This document shows, in pieces, positions 15,552-25,029 of a stretch of 55,446 bases of DNA; position 1 is the first letter of the stretch; each line of letters begins with the position of its first letter. A program made the translations under genes and the position numbers. The notes under the pieces were generated by a model. The model was not told where the DNA came from and did not search any database. It saw only the letters and a program-made list of their open reading frames with translations. This DNA is from an uncultured Candidatus Saccharibacteria bacterium (GTDB taxonomy: Bacteria > Patescibacteriota > Minisyncoccia > Phycocordibacterales > UBA5272), in assembly GCA_964546555.1 (NCBI GenBank), contig CAZJJX010000001.1:1-55446 (forward strand). Direction: 5' to 3'.

Positions 15552-16085
15552 TTATTTTTTAGAAAATTCTTTTTTATAAAGTTCTATCGCTTCAGTAATA
15601 ACTTCCATAGCTTCTTTTGCCCCTCGTGCTGTTGGAATTATAACTTCTTTCTTTTCAAGAATCTTATAAGTCTCAAGAAAATGCCTGATCTCTTCTATGG
15701 TGTGCGGATTAACATCAGTAATATCTTTTACGTTTTTCCAACGAGCATCCTTTACAGGGACCGCGATAATCTTTGCGTCTCCTTCTCCTGTATCAACCAT
15801 ATCGAGAACTCCGATTGGTCGAGCAGAGAGTAGCAAACCAGGGACTAGTGGGTAAGTTGTAAGCAAAATAACATCGAGTGGGTCGCCGTCATGCCAATGT
15901 GTCTTTGGCACAAAGCCATAATCAAATGGATAATCCTGTGCACTAAACATCACACGATCAAGCATAATAAGACCTGTCTCTTTATCAAGCTCATACTTAT
16001 TCTTTGAACCTTTGTTAATTTCAACAATAACATTGATCTCTTCTGGAACATTTTTTCCAGGAGCTACATCGTGAAGTAAATTCAT
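15552..16085 (-). CDS. ppa: Inorganic pyrophosphatase (family I)
   Basis: 177 aa with the YPFDYGFVPKT and DGDPLDV motifs. Confidence 0.95.
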   Translation of the reverse strand: MNLLHDVAPGKNVPEEINVIVEINKGSKNKYELDKETGLIMLDRVMFSAQDYPFDYGFVPKTHWHDGDPLDVILLTTYPLVPGLLLSARPIGVLDMVDTGEGDAKIIAVPVKDARWKNVKDITDVNPHTIEEIRHFLETYKILEKKEVIIPTARGAKEAMEVITEAIELYKKEFSKK

Positions 16086-16162
16086 AGTGATAGTTAATGG
16101 TTAATGGTTAATAACGACCCGACAAACGTTGTAGTTCTTATAGTGTACTACATGAGTATTTT

Positions 16163-17521
16163 TTAAGCTGTTTTTTCTTCAACAACAATTTCTCCTTCTT
16201 CGGTAACTGCAGTTACTTCACTTGTTACTTCATCATCGGTAACTTCGTTTGTAATTTCTGCACCTGTTGGAGTAACATCTTCAGCAACAGAAAGAGAATC
16301 AATAACAGCTCCTGCTTCTTCAGAGAGCGTTTCATCACTAAGACCATCTTCTACAGACACAATACCTGCCTCATCTGCTTCTGCGAGCGTTTCACCACCT
16401 GATACGATATCAATCTTCCATCCTGTAAGCTTTGCTGCAAGACGAACATTTTGTCCACCTTTTCCGATTGCAAGTGACTGCTCTTCTTTTGCAACAGTGA
16501 CAGTCGCCTTCTTGTCCGTTTCATCAAGCTCAATAGAAATAGCCTTTGCAGGAGAGAGAGCTGTCGCGATAAAACGACGGACATCAGATGACCATTCGAT
16601 AACATCGATCTTTTCACCAGAGAGCTCTTCTGTAATTGCTGATACTCTCACTCCACGCTGACCAACACACGCACCGATCGGATCGATACGTTCATCATTT
16701 GTTTTTACAGCAATCTTAGAACGACTACCCGGCTCACGTGCAACAGAGACGATTTCTACAATACCTTGTGCAATTTCTTGGCTTTCGTTTTTGAAAAGCT
16801 CTATTAGGAATTTTGGATGTGAACGTGAAAGGCGAATAGAGAGCCCACGAAAACCTTCTTCAATAGAGAAGAGGAACGCACGAACACGCTCACCTGGACG
16901 AAGTCTTTCAGATTGGATCTGCTCTTCAAAAGGAAGGATCGCGGTAGTGCGTCCAAGATCGATGAAAATACTGCCACGTTCAACACGTTGCACAATACCT
17001 GAAACGATTGTGTTTTCCTTGTCAGTAAATTCACCAACAATACTTTCACGTTCTGCTTCACGGAGCTTCTGTACAATAACTTGCTTTGCGGTCTGGGCTG
17101 CAATACGACCAAAGTCGTCCTGATTGTCCAATGGGAACACAATCTCTTCATCGAGAGTTGCATTTTTCTTAAGAAGCTTTGCAGTATCAAGAAGAATATG
17201 TCGTTCCTCATTGTAACGAGGAAGAAGACCTTCTACTTGCTCTTCTTGTTGCTGTACGTTTGGTGAAAGAATTTCTTCTTCTTCACCTTCTACAGGCATA
17301 CGAACTGTTGTTTCATCAACAACAATCTTTACTTGTTCAAACTGTGTTTCACCAGTATCAAAATTAATATGGCAACGAACGATCTGTCCACGCTTTCCGT
17401 ACTCTTTCTGATAAGCAGCAGCGAGTGACTTTTCTACAGCGTCAACAACTTTTTCGTGCGCAATTTTCTTTTCTTGTTCGAGTTGCTCAAGGGCAACTTT
17501 GAGGGCTTTGATGTCTAACAT
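16163..17521 (-). CDS. nusA: Transcription termination/antitermination factor NusA
   Basis: N-terminal domain, S1 domain and two KH domains (CVGQRGVRV, AIGKGGQNVRLA), followed by an acidic tail. Confidence 0.95.
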   Translation of the reverse strand: MLDIKALKVALEQLEQEKKIAHEKVVDAVEKSLAAAYQKEYGKRGQIVRCHINFDTGETQFEQVKIVVDETTVRMPVEGEEEEILSPNVQQQEEQVEGLLPRYNEERHILLDTAKLLKKNATLDEEIVFPLDNQDDFGRIAAQTAKQVIVQKLREAERESIVGEFTDKENTIVSGIVQRVERGSIFIDLGRTTAILPFEEQIQSERLRPGERVRAFLFSIEEGFRGLSIRLSRSHPKFLIELFKNESQEIAQGIVEIVSVAREPGSRSKIAVKTNDERIDPIGACVGQRGVRVSAITEELSGEKIDVIEWSSDVRRFIATALSPAKAISIELDETDKKATVTVAKEEQSLAIGKGGQNVRLAAKLTGWKIDIVSGGETLAEADEAGIVSVEDGLSDETLSEEAGAVIDSLSVAEDVTPTGAEITNEVTDDEVTSEVTAVTEEGEIVVEEKTA

Positions 17522-17621
17522 AATTGATAGGGGTTAGGGACTAGTGATTAGGTGTTAGTGGATACAAAATCTATATACACTTTCATGACTAAAAACTAGT
17601 TTAAGAGTACTTGTACTATTT

Positions 17622-17653
17622 TTTAATAAAAATGGCCGGACTTTCGTCCGACT
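17622..17653 (-). terminator. Intrinsic terminator-like hairpin in the nusA upstream region
   Basis: Minus strand reads gtcggac-gaaa-gtccggc followed by atttttatt. Confidence 0.5.
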
Positions 17654-17692
17654 CACAACAACGCACATATTCACACATCCAGTAACTATTAT

Positions 17693-17720
17693 AGTATAGC
17701 ACATTATTGAAAAAATGCAA
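17693..17720 (-). promoter_or_regulatory. Sigma-70-type promoter with extended -10 (minus strand)
   Basis: Minus strand reads TTGCAT, 16-nt spacer ending in TGc, then TATACT. Confidence 0.6.
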
Positions 17721-17811
17721 GTGGTCTATGTAGTCTAAAGTGTGGTAGAGTTTTCAAAGATAATTGCTTATAGAATAGGTAAAAGTTCTTTTCATAAACA
17801 AAGGAGTGGCC

Positions 17812-18588
17812 ATGCTAGCCTACAAGCTTCGCGAAGAACCACGTCAGTACTATCTGGTAAAGCCAATTGAATCCGGTCTTCAGGTAGTATTTTCACGTAA
17901 CTTTCTTGAAGAGCTCTATAGAGACGACCCGCGTGGGCAGAACCGAGCATTTTTTGACAGCGTAAACGTATGCCAAGGTGAAAATAATACCGTATCGGTT
18001 ATCTTTACCTTTCCGTACATTACTTTTCCAAATATTGCACACAAAAAGCGTGACTGGAAGCAAATGGATGCGATTACCTCTGTGCTTGAAACTCTTCTTG
18101 ATTATCTTAACCATTTTTCAGATGGTGACAGGTTTCCCACATTCCCAATAAGTGAAGAACCTCAGCTTATGATACTTGAAATCTTTACCCGGGTTCACTT
18201 CCAATCAATCAATGTTGGGTTCAGTCCGTATGCACTTACAACAATGCAAACAGCATGGGGGAATGGTTACAAACTGCCTGATACACAAAGAAAGATAACT
18301 GAAACATATGAAAGACTAAGCACCTCACGCAGGCGTGATTTTCTACGAAACACATCAACCCGATATCAGAATTGGATGGCTGATGGCGCATATATCCGCG
18401 AACACGGCGTTCCTCAATTCCAGGTTGCAGGTAATTGTGCTTGTCTTGGAGCAAACCCAGATGAGTTCAAACATGAACCAGATCTTACACCCCACAATCT
18501 TGATACTCAGCTTCAACTTCTCACCATGACTGTTGGGGTTACTCATTTTTGGAACGAGTATCTAATCCCACTGTGTTCAAAAAAGTAG
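17812..18588 (+). CDS. Hypothetical protein
   Basis: 258 aa from ATG 17812, with AAGGAG 5 nt upstream. Has its own terminator. No recognisable motif. Confidence 0.55.
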   Translation: MLAYKLREEPRQYYLVKPIESGLQVVFSRNFLEELYRDDPRGQNRAFFDSVNVCQGENNTVSVIFTFPYITFPNIAHKKRDWKQMDAITSVLETLLDYLNHFSDGDRFPTFPISEEPQLMILEIFTRVHFQSINVGFSPYALTTMQTAWGNGYKLPDTQRKITETYERLSTSRRRDFLRNTSTRYQNWMADGAYIREHGVPQFQVAGNCACLGANPDEFKHEPDLTPHNLDTQLQLLTMTVGVTHFWNEYLIPLCSKK

Positions 18589-18609
18589 CGCATAATCTAG
18601 AACTCCTTA

Positions 18610-18639
18610 GTCCGCCAAGAAATCTTGGCGGACTTTTTA
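18610..18639 (+). terminator. Intrinsic terminator
   Basis: gtccgccaaga-aat-tcttggcggac followed by ttttt. Confidence 0.85.
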
Positions 18640-18803
18640 TATATACTAGTATAAGCACAATAATCACACCTCGCTCTTTATCACTCTTTGTTACTGCATG
18701 TACTTACTGCGCCATAAAGCATAACAATAAGAATCTTTGCAAATTGTGAAAAAATCATTTAGGCTACAACACAGATTGACCTATTTCAAAAGAAAGGACA
18801 CCC

Positions 18804-19376
18804 ATGTCTTTACATATCTATAGCTTAATAAGCTATCTTGATCATGAAGAAGATAGTGCTCTGATCAGATTTCTTTCACATGTTCACAAAAAGCTTAAGG
18901 AAGGCAACACAAGACACAGTCTTCCGAAACTTGATTGGTGTATTACGATGGTTACACCTTTTCCCGCTTCTTCGTGTGATGTAGCATGGCTTGCACTTGG
19001 TATCAAGCTTGGCTCTTACGACACAGAAGGAAAGGGATTCTGGAGAACAAGAACAATGAATTTTGCCTTTGTTAAAGAAACCGAAGAAACCTCAAAGCTT
19101 GTCCTGACACTTGAAACACCACCGTCACTTAAGGAAACAGTGTCAAAAACAAAATCAATACTTGCACATTTAACAAAAAAACCACCAGATAAACAAAGTT
19201 TTGAAGCACTGCTTCATATCCTTGTCGCAGAACAGATACCAAACGAAAGCATAAAAAGGAGGAAGATCTTTTGGGAAAAGTTTTTTCTTCTGCACTCAAC
19301 AACATTTGCTGTTTCGGTTAACCGCCCAACTCTTGTACTCCAAGGGGATGATGACTGGTTCCCGGTGATGACATAG
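18804..19376 (+). CDS. Hypothetical protein
   Basis: 190-aa ORF with its own terminator. No recognisable motif. Confidence 0.5.
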   Translation: MSLHIYSLISYLDHEEDSALIRFLSHVHKKLKEGNTRHSLPKLDWCITMVTPFPASSCDVAWLALGIKLGSYDTEGKGFWRTRTMNFAFVKETEETSKLVLTLETPPSLKETVSKTKSILAHLTKKPPDKQSFEALLHILVAEQIPNESIKRRKIFWEKFFLLHSTTFAVSVNRPTLVLQGDDDWFPVMT

Positions 19377-19409
19377 TTCTGTGTTTTAACACTGTCTTCT
19401 TGTTCCTAG

Positions 19410-19443
19410 AAGTGCTGCGACCATATAGGTGCAGCACTTTTTA
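19410..19443 (+). terminator. Intrinsic terminator
   Basis: aagtgctgc...gcagcactt followed by ttttt. Confidence 0.75.
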
Positions 19444-19479
19444 TTTGGTAAATTATTTGATAAAAAAAATACACACTAA

Positions 19480-19488
19480 TGGTATACT
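19480..19488 (+). promoter_or_regulatory. Extended -10 element (TGgTATACT), 9 nt before the ATG
   Basis: tggtatact-caaggaagc-ATG(19498). Confidence 0.45.
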
Positions 19489-19497
19489 CAAGGAAGC

Positions 19498-20373
19498 ATG
19501 AACTACACCCACGATGAAAAACAATTTTATAAAGAAGCTTTTGCTCGTAACAAGGGTCTTATTTCAGATCAACTTCAAAAGAAACTACAAGCAACACATG
19601 TCGCTATATGTGGGATGGGTGGAGTAGGCGAGATCCACGCAGAGACACTTGCCCGTCTTGGTGTTGGATCTTTTACCATTGCAGATGGAGATGTGTTCGA
19701 ACGAGTAAATAGTAACCGTCAACTAGAAGCGATGACCTCAACACTTGGCAAACAAAAAGAAGAAGTCATAGCGAAAACACTTCTTGATATAAATCCATTT
19801 GCAAAGATTACACGTATTGGGTATATAACACCGGATAATCTTAATGAGTTTTTTAATGACGCATCAATTATCATTGATGGTATGGATTTTTTTGAATTCG
19901 ATATTAGGCGAATGATTTTTAATGAAGCACGCACAAGAGGTATTCCAGTTATCACAGCAGCGCCTGTTGGTTTTGGTTCTTCAGTTATCGTGTTTACAAA
20001 AGATAGCATGAGTTTTGATGACTATTTTGCAGTAGATGATAACACTGAGGACTTACACAAGCCTATATTATTTGGTCTTGGACTTACACCGTCACTCCTG
20101 CAGAGGAAATACTTCGCTCCACAAAAACTTGATGTAACAAAAAAACAAGCACCTTCGTCTGTTCTTGGTACGCTTGCTGCCGCCGACTGGGCAGGAACAC
20201 TAGTATGTAAACTCGTTGACAACCAATCACTTGAAGTAGCTCCTGTGTCATATCACTTTGATCCTTATGTTACCAGAATGAAGCGTACAAATTTAAGATT
20301 TGGGAACAGAGGATTACTTCAGCGTCTAAAATTCTGGTACGTTACAAAATTTCTTCTTAAGAAGTCGCGGTAA
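19498..20373 (+). CDS. ThiF/MoeB/E1-like adenylyltransferase family protein
   Basis: Rossmann nucleotide loop VAICGMGGVGE, plus IADGDVFERVNSNRQ. Confidence 0.75.
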   Translation: MNYTHDEKQFYKEAFARNKGLISDQLQKKLQATHVAICGMGGVGEIHAETLARLGVGSFTIADGDVFERVNSNRQLEAMTSTLGKQKEEVIAKTLLDINPFAKITRIGYITPDNLNEFFNDASIIIDGMDFFEFDIRRMIFNEARTRGIPVITAAPVGFGSSVIVFTKDSMSFDDYFAVDDNTEDLHKPILFGLGLTPSLLQRKYFAPQKLDVTKKQAPSSVLGTLAAADWAGTLVCKLVDNQSLEVAPVSYHFDPYVTRMKRTNLRFGNRGLLQRLKFWYVTKFLLKKSR

Positions 20374-21043
20374 CACGTCCGTCCGATAGGGTAATAATCC
20401 TATCTGTCATCTTACCGTACTCTTCTTCGTGAGTAACCATGACGATAGTTATTCCTTGCTCTTTATTAAGTTTTTTAAAAATTTCCATAACAAGGTGGGA
20501 AGAGTTCACGTCCAGATTAGCTGTAGGTTCGTCAGCAAATACTATTTTTGGACTATGAGCAATTGCACGTGCAATAGAGACACGCTGCTGTTCTCCGCCT
20601 GATAATTGAGATGGTAGATTATCAACCCTATGTGCAAGACCAACGTCAGTAAGCGCCTTTTCTGCTTTTGTGCGCGCATCTTGATGTGACATACCCTGCA
20701 TCAAAAGGGGGATCATAACATTCTCAATAGCTGTTAGCTCAGGCAAAAGAGAGTAATCTTGAAAGACATATCCAAGTGTATGTAAGCGAAAGTTTATTTT
20801 GTCCTGGTCAGACATTGTAGTTAACTCAACCCCATCGATAACAATGTCACCTTTTGTCGGAGTATCTAAAAGCGAAAGTTGATAGAGTAGGGTAGATTTC
20901 CCTGCACCTGACCTTCCCATGATCGCAACAAATTCTCCGTAAGCGATACGACAGCTTACTTCGTGAAGGACTTTTGTAGGATTTTTGTTCTCGTTATAGA
21001 TTTTTGTAACCGACTGTGCGTCAATAATATAATTAGTTTGCAT
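20357..21043 (-). CDS. ABC transporter ATP-binding protein (MacB/LolD-like)
   Basis: Walker A GRSGAGKST, signature LSGGEQQR, Walker B IVFADEPT. Confidence 0.9.
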   Translation of the reverse strand: MQTNYIIDAQSVTKIYNENKNPTKVLHEVSCRIAYGEFVAIMGRSGAGKSTLLYQLSLLDTPTKGDIVIDGVELTTMSDQDKINFRLHTLGYVFQDYSLLPELTAIENVMIPLLMQGMSHQDARTKAEKALTDVGLAHRVDNLPSQLSGGEQQRVSIARAIAHSPKIVFADEPTANLDVNSSHLVMEIFKKLNKEQGITIVMVTHEEEYGKMTDRIITLSDGRVTATS

Positions 21044-21051
21044 ATATAGTA

Positions 21052-22383
21052 TTAGTTATCTCTTCCTAAAATTGCATTAAGTGTATTTGTATTTACGATA
21101 AGACGCGCAGGGACATAGCCGGCAATAATAGAAACAACAAGCACAAGCACCAACCTAAGAAGCGACTGAACAAGATCAACAGCAAGCACAATACTTGCAA
21201 AAGGAGTCTCAAGTGGATGTGAAAGAGAGAGAGGTATTAAAGCAAAAAACACAATCAAAAGGGCTAGAATAGAACCAACAAAAACATAAAATAAAGCCTG
21301 AAAAACATAACTAAACTCAATAGCAAGAGGGGAAACACCTAATGCTTTTAGTATTCCAATCTGTCGTCTGCGAGTAAGTGCGTTGATGTAATTGATGATA
21401 AAAATAGTCACAAGACCAACCACTACTGACATCGACCCAAGAACCGTTCCTATGATATTAAAGAATTCTTTAAACTTAACCAAGAAATCCGGAGCACCTT
21501 CGTCTGCTGTCTCTATCTTTGCAAATTCTTGGTAACCATTGTAAACAAGAGTGTTTTTTAGATAATACGGATCAGTGTCTGGTTTCATCGTGATAGCAAT
21601 TTCTGATGCATCAAAATCAGATTTACCCAGCATTTTACGTAACTCACTATCTAGAATATATGCACGAGATGCAACATACTGAACTTTTGAATTTACAATA
21701 CCTCTAACAATAAAATCTTTTGTGACTGCTGTTGGATCAATCTGTCCTTCAGTAGAAAGCACGGGTGACAGAGTCTGTTCAAAACTTATAAAATTAGGTT
21801 TTCTAGAAACAGTAACTCTAACTTTGTCACCAGGCTTGATATCACGAAGAAGCGAAACAATATCTGCAATTCTACTGTACTTTTCAAGGTATGCTGAACC
21901 AATCACAATACCTTCTGTGTCGCCTGGGGTAAGCCACGAACCCTCTACAACACTCTTTGAAATATGTGTAGTTGCATCTTCATTAAGTGGATCAACTCCC
22001 ACTATTTGATTAGACACAATGTTTGTGTCTTCTTTTTTTGTTTTTTCTTGCCAATGCGCCTCTATACTTGCACCAGCAACAGTGCGCACACTGTAGTTCT
22101 TGATAAACGGGGAGGCTTTTATAATACTTTCCATTTCATGGGTACGCTCTATATATGCTTTTTCATTACGATTAGACACAAGAAGATCTCCTGACCACTC
22201 TTCTCTGAAAGAACGTTTTGCTCCATCTACAATACCAACCAAAAAACCTTTTGTAACGATAAGATTAATAAGCGTAAGACACATGATAAGCACAATAAGA
22301 CCAGTTGCCCACGTGCTACCACGTCTAATCTGTCGTGATGCCAAAAAAAATCCAAGTGAAAGTGTATTCCCAAGTTGTTTCAT
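21052..22383 (-). CDS. ABC transporter permease (FtsX/MacB-type)
   Basis: N-terminal TM helix, a large extracytoplasmic domain, and a C-terminal three-helix FtsX-like bundle. Confidence 0.8.
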   Translation of the reverse strand: MKQLGNTLSLGFFLASRQIRRGSTWATGLIVLIMCLTLINLIVTKGFLVGIVDGAKRSFREEWSGDLLVSNRNEKAYIERTHEMESIIKASPFIKNYSVRTVAGASIEAHWQEKTKKEDTNIVSNQIVGVDPLNEDATTHISKSVVEGSWLTPGDTEGIVIGSAYLEKYSRIADIVSLLRDIKPGDKVRVTVSRKPNFISFEQTLSPVLSTEGQIDPTAVTKDFIVRGIVNSKVQYVASRAYILDSELRKMLGKSDFDASEIAITMKPDTDPYYLKNTLVYNGYQEFAKIETADEGAPDFLVKFKEFFNIIGTVLGSMSVVVGLVTIFIINYINALTRRRQIGILKALGVSPLAIEFSYVFQALFYVFVGSILALLIVFFALIPLSLSHPLETPFASIVLAVDLVQSLLRLVLVLVVSIIAGYVPARLIVNTNTLNAILGRDN

Positions 22384-22442
22384 ATACGTATATGTAGTGT
22401 ATCACCACCTTCAACCACCAAAGTAACACTAATCACCACTTT

Positions 22443-24122
22443 CTATTGAAGAGGAACAATGCGATCACCTTCTAAGATACCTTGAGTAATCTCAAGTTCG
22501 CCTTCGTTACCTCGAATACCAATCCCAACAGGACGCTTCTCTCGTTCTCCTTGTGCGTTTACCACAAATACTTCACCTGTATTTTCTGTAATCACATGTA
22601 CAAATCGCGCAGGAAGGAAGACTACATTTTCTTTTACTTGTGCAACAATATTTACAGTAGAGGTCATTCCTTGCTTAACTCGTTCATCCTTACCAATAAA
22701 AGTAACAATCACTTTATACATAGGGACACCTTCTTCCTGTAGTGCTGTCGGATTGATTCTTGTAACAGTTGCAGGGAATACAACTGACTTGCCATACGCA
22801 TCAAGCGTTACATCAACAACCGCACCCACGGATACCTTAACAATCTCAACTTCTGGCACTTTTGCTTCCACTTGTAATCCATCTATAGAAATAATACTAA
22901 TAACTGTTTTACCTGGAATCGCTGTCTCCCCGGCAGTAAGCGCAACATTACTTACAACACCATTAAACGGCGCACGTAAAATGGTCTTGTCGAGATTGGA
23001 CTGTGCTTGTGTTACTTGAGCTCTTGCTTGAGTTACTTGAGCTTGCGCTTGCTGTATCTTGTATGGATCTGTCCCTGCTTTTGTAAGAGCAAGGTCTTTC
23101 TTTGCTTGATTATAAAGATTCTTTGCATTACTAAGTGCACTTCTCTTAAGAGTAATATCAGAGAATAGTGCTGTTACAAGTGGTTTTACGGTAGAGAGCG
23201 TAACTCTATATGAGTCCAGATATCCGTTTGAAAGACTACAAGGAAGGAGGAGGAGGTTAGAGAGTGAGCTTACAAGGTCATTTGTTGCAATGGCAGCTTG
23301 GTACCCTTGCTCAAAGGTACTATCAATAGATGCAACTGACGATATAGAAGTAATAACAGAACTTTTCTCTTGGTATTTTGCAAGAATTACTTCAAGAGCA
23401 TCTCTTTTTTGTTCAATATCTCGGGCAAGTTTTTGATCACAAGAACTAAAAGAGAGGGTGTAACTCCCGTTTGATAGCGTAAAAAGTGAAGAGAACTTAT
23501 TTTTTACAATATCAGCTGTTGTTGCATCAACATTATGAATAGCGTCAGGGAGCGCGCTGTACGACTCATCGAGTGTGTTATTGGCATTCTCTAGTGCTTG
23601 CTCTTTAAAGGCAATCTCTTCTTTTCGTGCCCCTTGGCGAAGCTCGGCTAGCTTTGCTTGTGCATTTGTAAGATTACCTTGTGCCTGAAGTAGTAAAGCT
23701 TGTGCATCTCCTGCTGTTAGTGTTGCCAGAATTGTACCTTGTTTTACGGTGTCACCAATTTTTACACCAACAAAAGCAGTAGAACCTTGTGTCTGAAAAG
23801 AAAGATTAGCATCTTGCGACGCCTCCACTTGTCCTGTAACTTTTACATAACGCTTAATCGTGCCTCTTGTTGCCATATAAGTAGTCTCATCCTCTTTTGG
23901 TTTTGAGTATAGGAGAAAAAAAGTAACCACCGAGACCATCACCAGCAAAAAAGCTAAGAACGTTTTATGGTTCGTAAAGAACGAAGAAGATTCTCGTACA
24001 GGTATAGCGGAATCACGTGAAGGCTCAACAGGGGTAGCCTTTTGTTCATCCGATGTAGACACCTCAGCATGCACATGTGGTGCGTTATTTGGTATCGATG
24101 TTGTAAGAAAAGGATCAGTCAT
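22443..24122 (-). CDS. HlyD/MacA-family periplasmic adaptor protein
   Basis: N-terminal TM helix, lipoyl/barrel motifs (GDTVKQGTILATL) and a long coiled coil. Lies in an operon with the ABC genes. Confidence 0.8.
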   Translation of the reverse strand: MTDPFLTTSIPNNAPHVHAEVSTSDEQKATPVEPSRDSAIPVRESSSFFTNHKTFLAFLLVMVSVVTFFLLYSKPKEDETTYMATRGTIKRYVKVTGQVEASQDANLSFQTQGSTAFVGVKIGDTVKQGTILATLTAGDAQALLLQAQGNLTNAQAKLAELRQGARKEEIAFKEQALENANNTLDESYSALPDAIHNVDATTADIVKNKFSSLFTLSNGSYTLSFSSCDQKLARDIEQKRDALEVILAKYQEKSSVITSISSVASIDSTFEQGYQAAIATNDLVSSLSNLLLLPCSLSNGYLDSYRVTLSTVKPLVTALFSDITLKRSALSNAKNLYNQAKKDLALTKAGTDPYKIQQAQAQVTQARAQVTQAQSNLDKTILRAPFNGVVSNVALTAGETAIPGKTVISIISIDGLQVEAKVPEVEIVKVSVGAVVDVTLDAYGKSVVFPATVTRINPTALQEEGVPMYKVIVTFIGKDERVKQGMTSTVNIVAQVKENVVFLPARFVHVITENTGEVFVVNAQGEREKRPVGIGIRGNEGELEITQGILEGDRIVPLQ

Positions 24123-24196
24123 ACAATATACACAAGTATATCACCTGATACTCATCATAAGGTATACATGATTGTGGAAGCATGCCTATAAAAGCA

Positions 24197-24205
24197 TGGT
24201 ATACT
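24197..24205 (+). promoter_or_regulatory. Extended -10 element (TGgTATACT), 6 nt before the tpiA ATG, which predicts a leaderless mRNA
   Basis: tggtatact-tttttc-ATG(24212). Confidence 0.5.
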
Positions 24206-24211
24206 TTTTTC

Positions 24212-24985
24212 ATGATAAAACGAACTTCCCCGATAATTGTTGGCAATTGGAAATCGACACCTAAGACACTTGATGAAGCCACGAAACTCATTAAGGCTAT
24301 CGAGAAAAAAATCTCTACACAAAAAATAAAACTCCCTAAAAAAAGTTACTTTATTGCAGCTCCTGAAATTTTCATTCCATCTCTTACACCTCTTGCAAAG
24401 CATGGCTACATAGGAGCAGAAACAGTGCACGGAACACTCCTTGGCCAAATAACAGGGCAAACAACAGCATCACAACTCTCATCCGGCGGTGCGTCATTTG
24501 TCATCATCGGTCACAGCGAGGTACGAGCTCGAGGCGAAGAGGAACACGACCGCATAGAAAAAGTCGCGTCGTCACTTTCTATTGGTTTTACAACAATTTT
24601 TTGCTTGGGTGAAAAAGTAAGAGACAAGGAAGGAAAATACCTAGAGGAGCTTGAAAACGACATTAAGAAAACCTTAGGAGGTATCGACCGAGCACTCTTT
24701 AGTGAACTCATTATTGCCTACGAACCCGTTTGGGCAATAGGCGCAAAAGAACCAGCAACACAAGCTGAGTGCTTTGAGGCAGTCATTGCGATCAGGCGCG
24801 CCCTTGCTTCCCTTGCAGGAATTGATTACGCCAAAAAAGTACATATTCTCTATGGTGGAGCTATAACCAAGGACACTGTTGTATCATTTCTTGAGGAAGG
24901 AGGTGTTGACGGTCTTCTTATCGGCAGAGCGTCACAAGATGCATCATCATTTACTGATATACTAGTTGAAGCGCACACAAAATAA
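24212..24985 (+). CDS. tpiA: Triosephosphate isomerase
   Basis: Motifs IIVGNWK, IIGHSEVR, AYEPVWAIG and YGGA. I chose ATG 24212 (MIKRTSPII). Confidence 0.9.
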   Translation: MIKRTSPIIVGNWKSTPKTLDEATKLIKAIEKKISTQKIKLPKKSYFIAAPEIFIPSLTPLAKHGYIGAETVHGTLLGQITGQTTASQLSSGGASFVIIGHSEVRARGEEEHDRIEKVASSLSIGFTTIFCLGEKVRDKEGKYLEELENDIKKTLGGIDRALFSELIIAYEPVWAIGAKEPATQAECFEAVIAIRRALASLAGIDYAKKVHILYGGAITKDTVVSFLEEGGVDGLLIGRASQDASSFTDILVEAHTK

Positions 24986-25029
24986 AATATTTATATTGTT
25001 ATTAGCGCATCTATAATTTTTAACATACT

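Noticed and set aside
19498-20373. Whether the ThiF/E1-like gene is part of a bacterial ubiquitin-like or antiphage conjugation system
   Set aside because: There is no E2-like, Ubl (C-terminal GG) or JAB/DUB gene nearby. The neighbouring genes are separate transcription units with their own terminators.
22990-23050. Near-tandem repeat in the HlyD-family gene (QAQAQVTQARAQVTQAQ)
   Set aside because: This is ordinary coiled-coil heptad repetition within the adaptor hairpin domain, with no independent significance.
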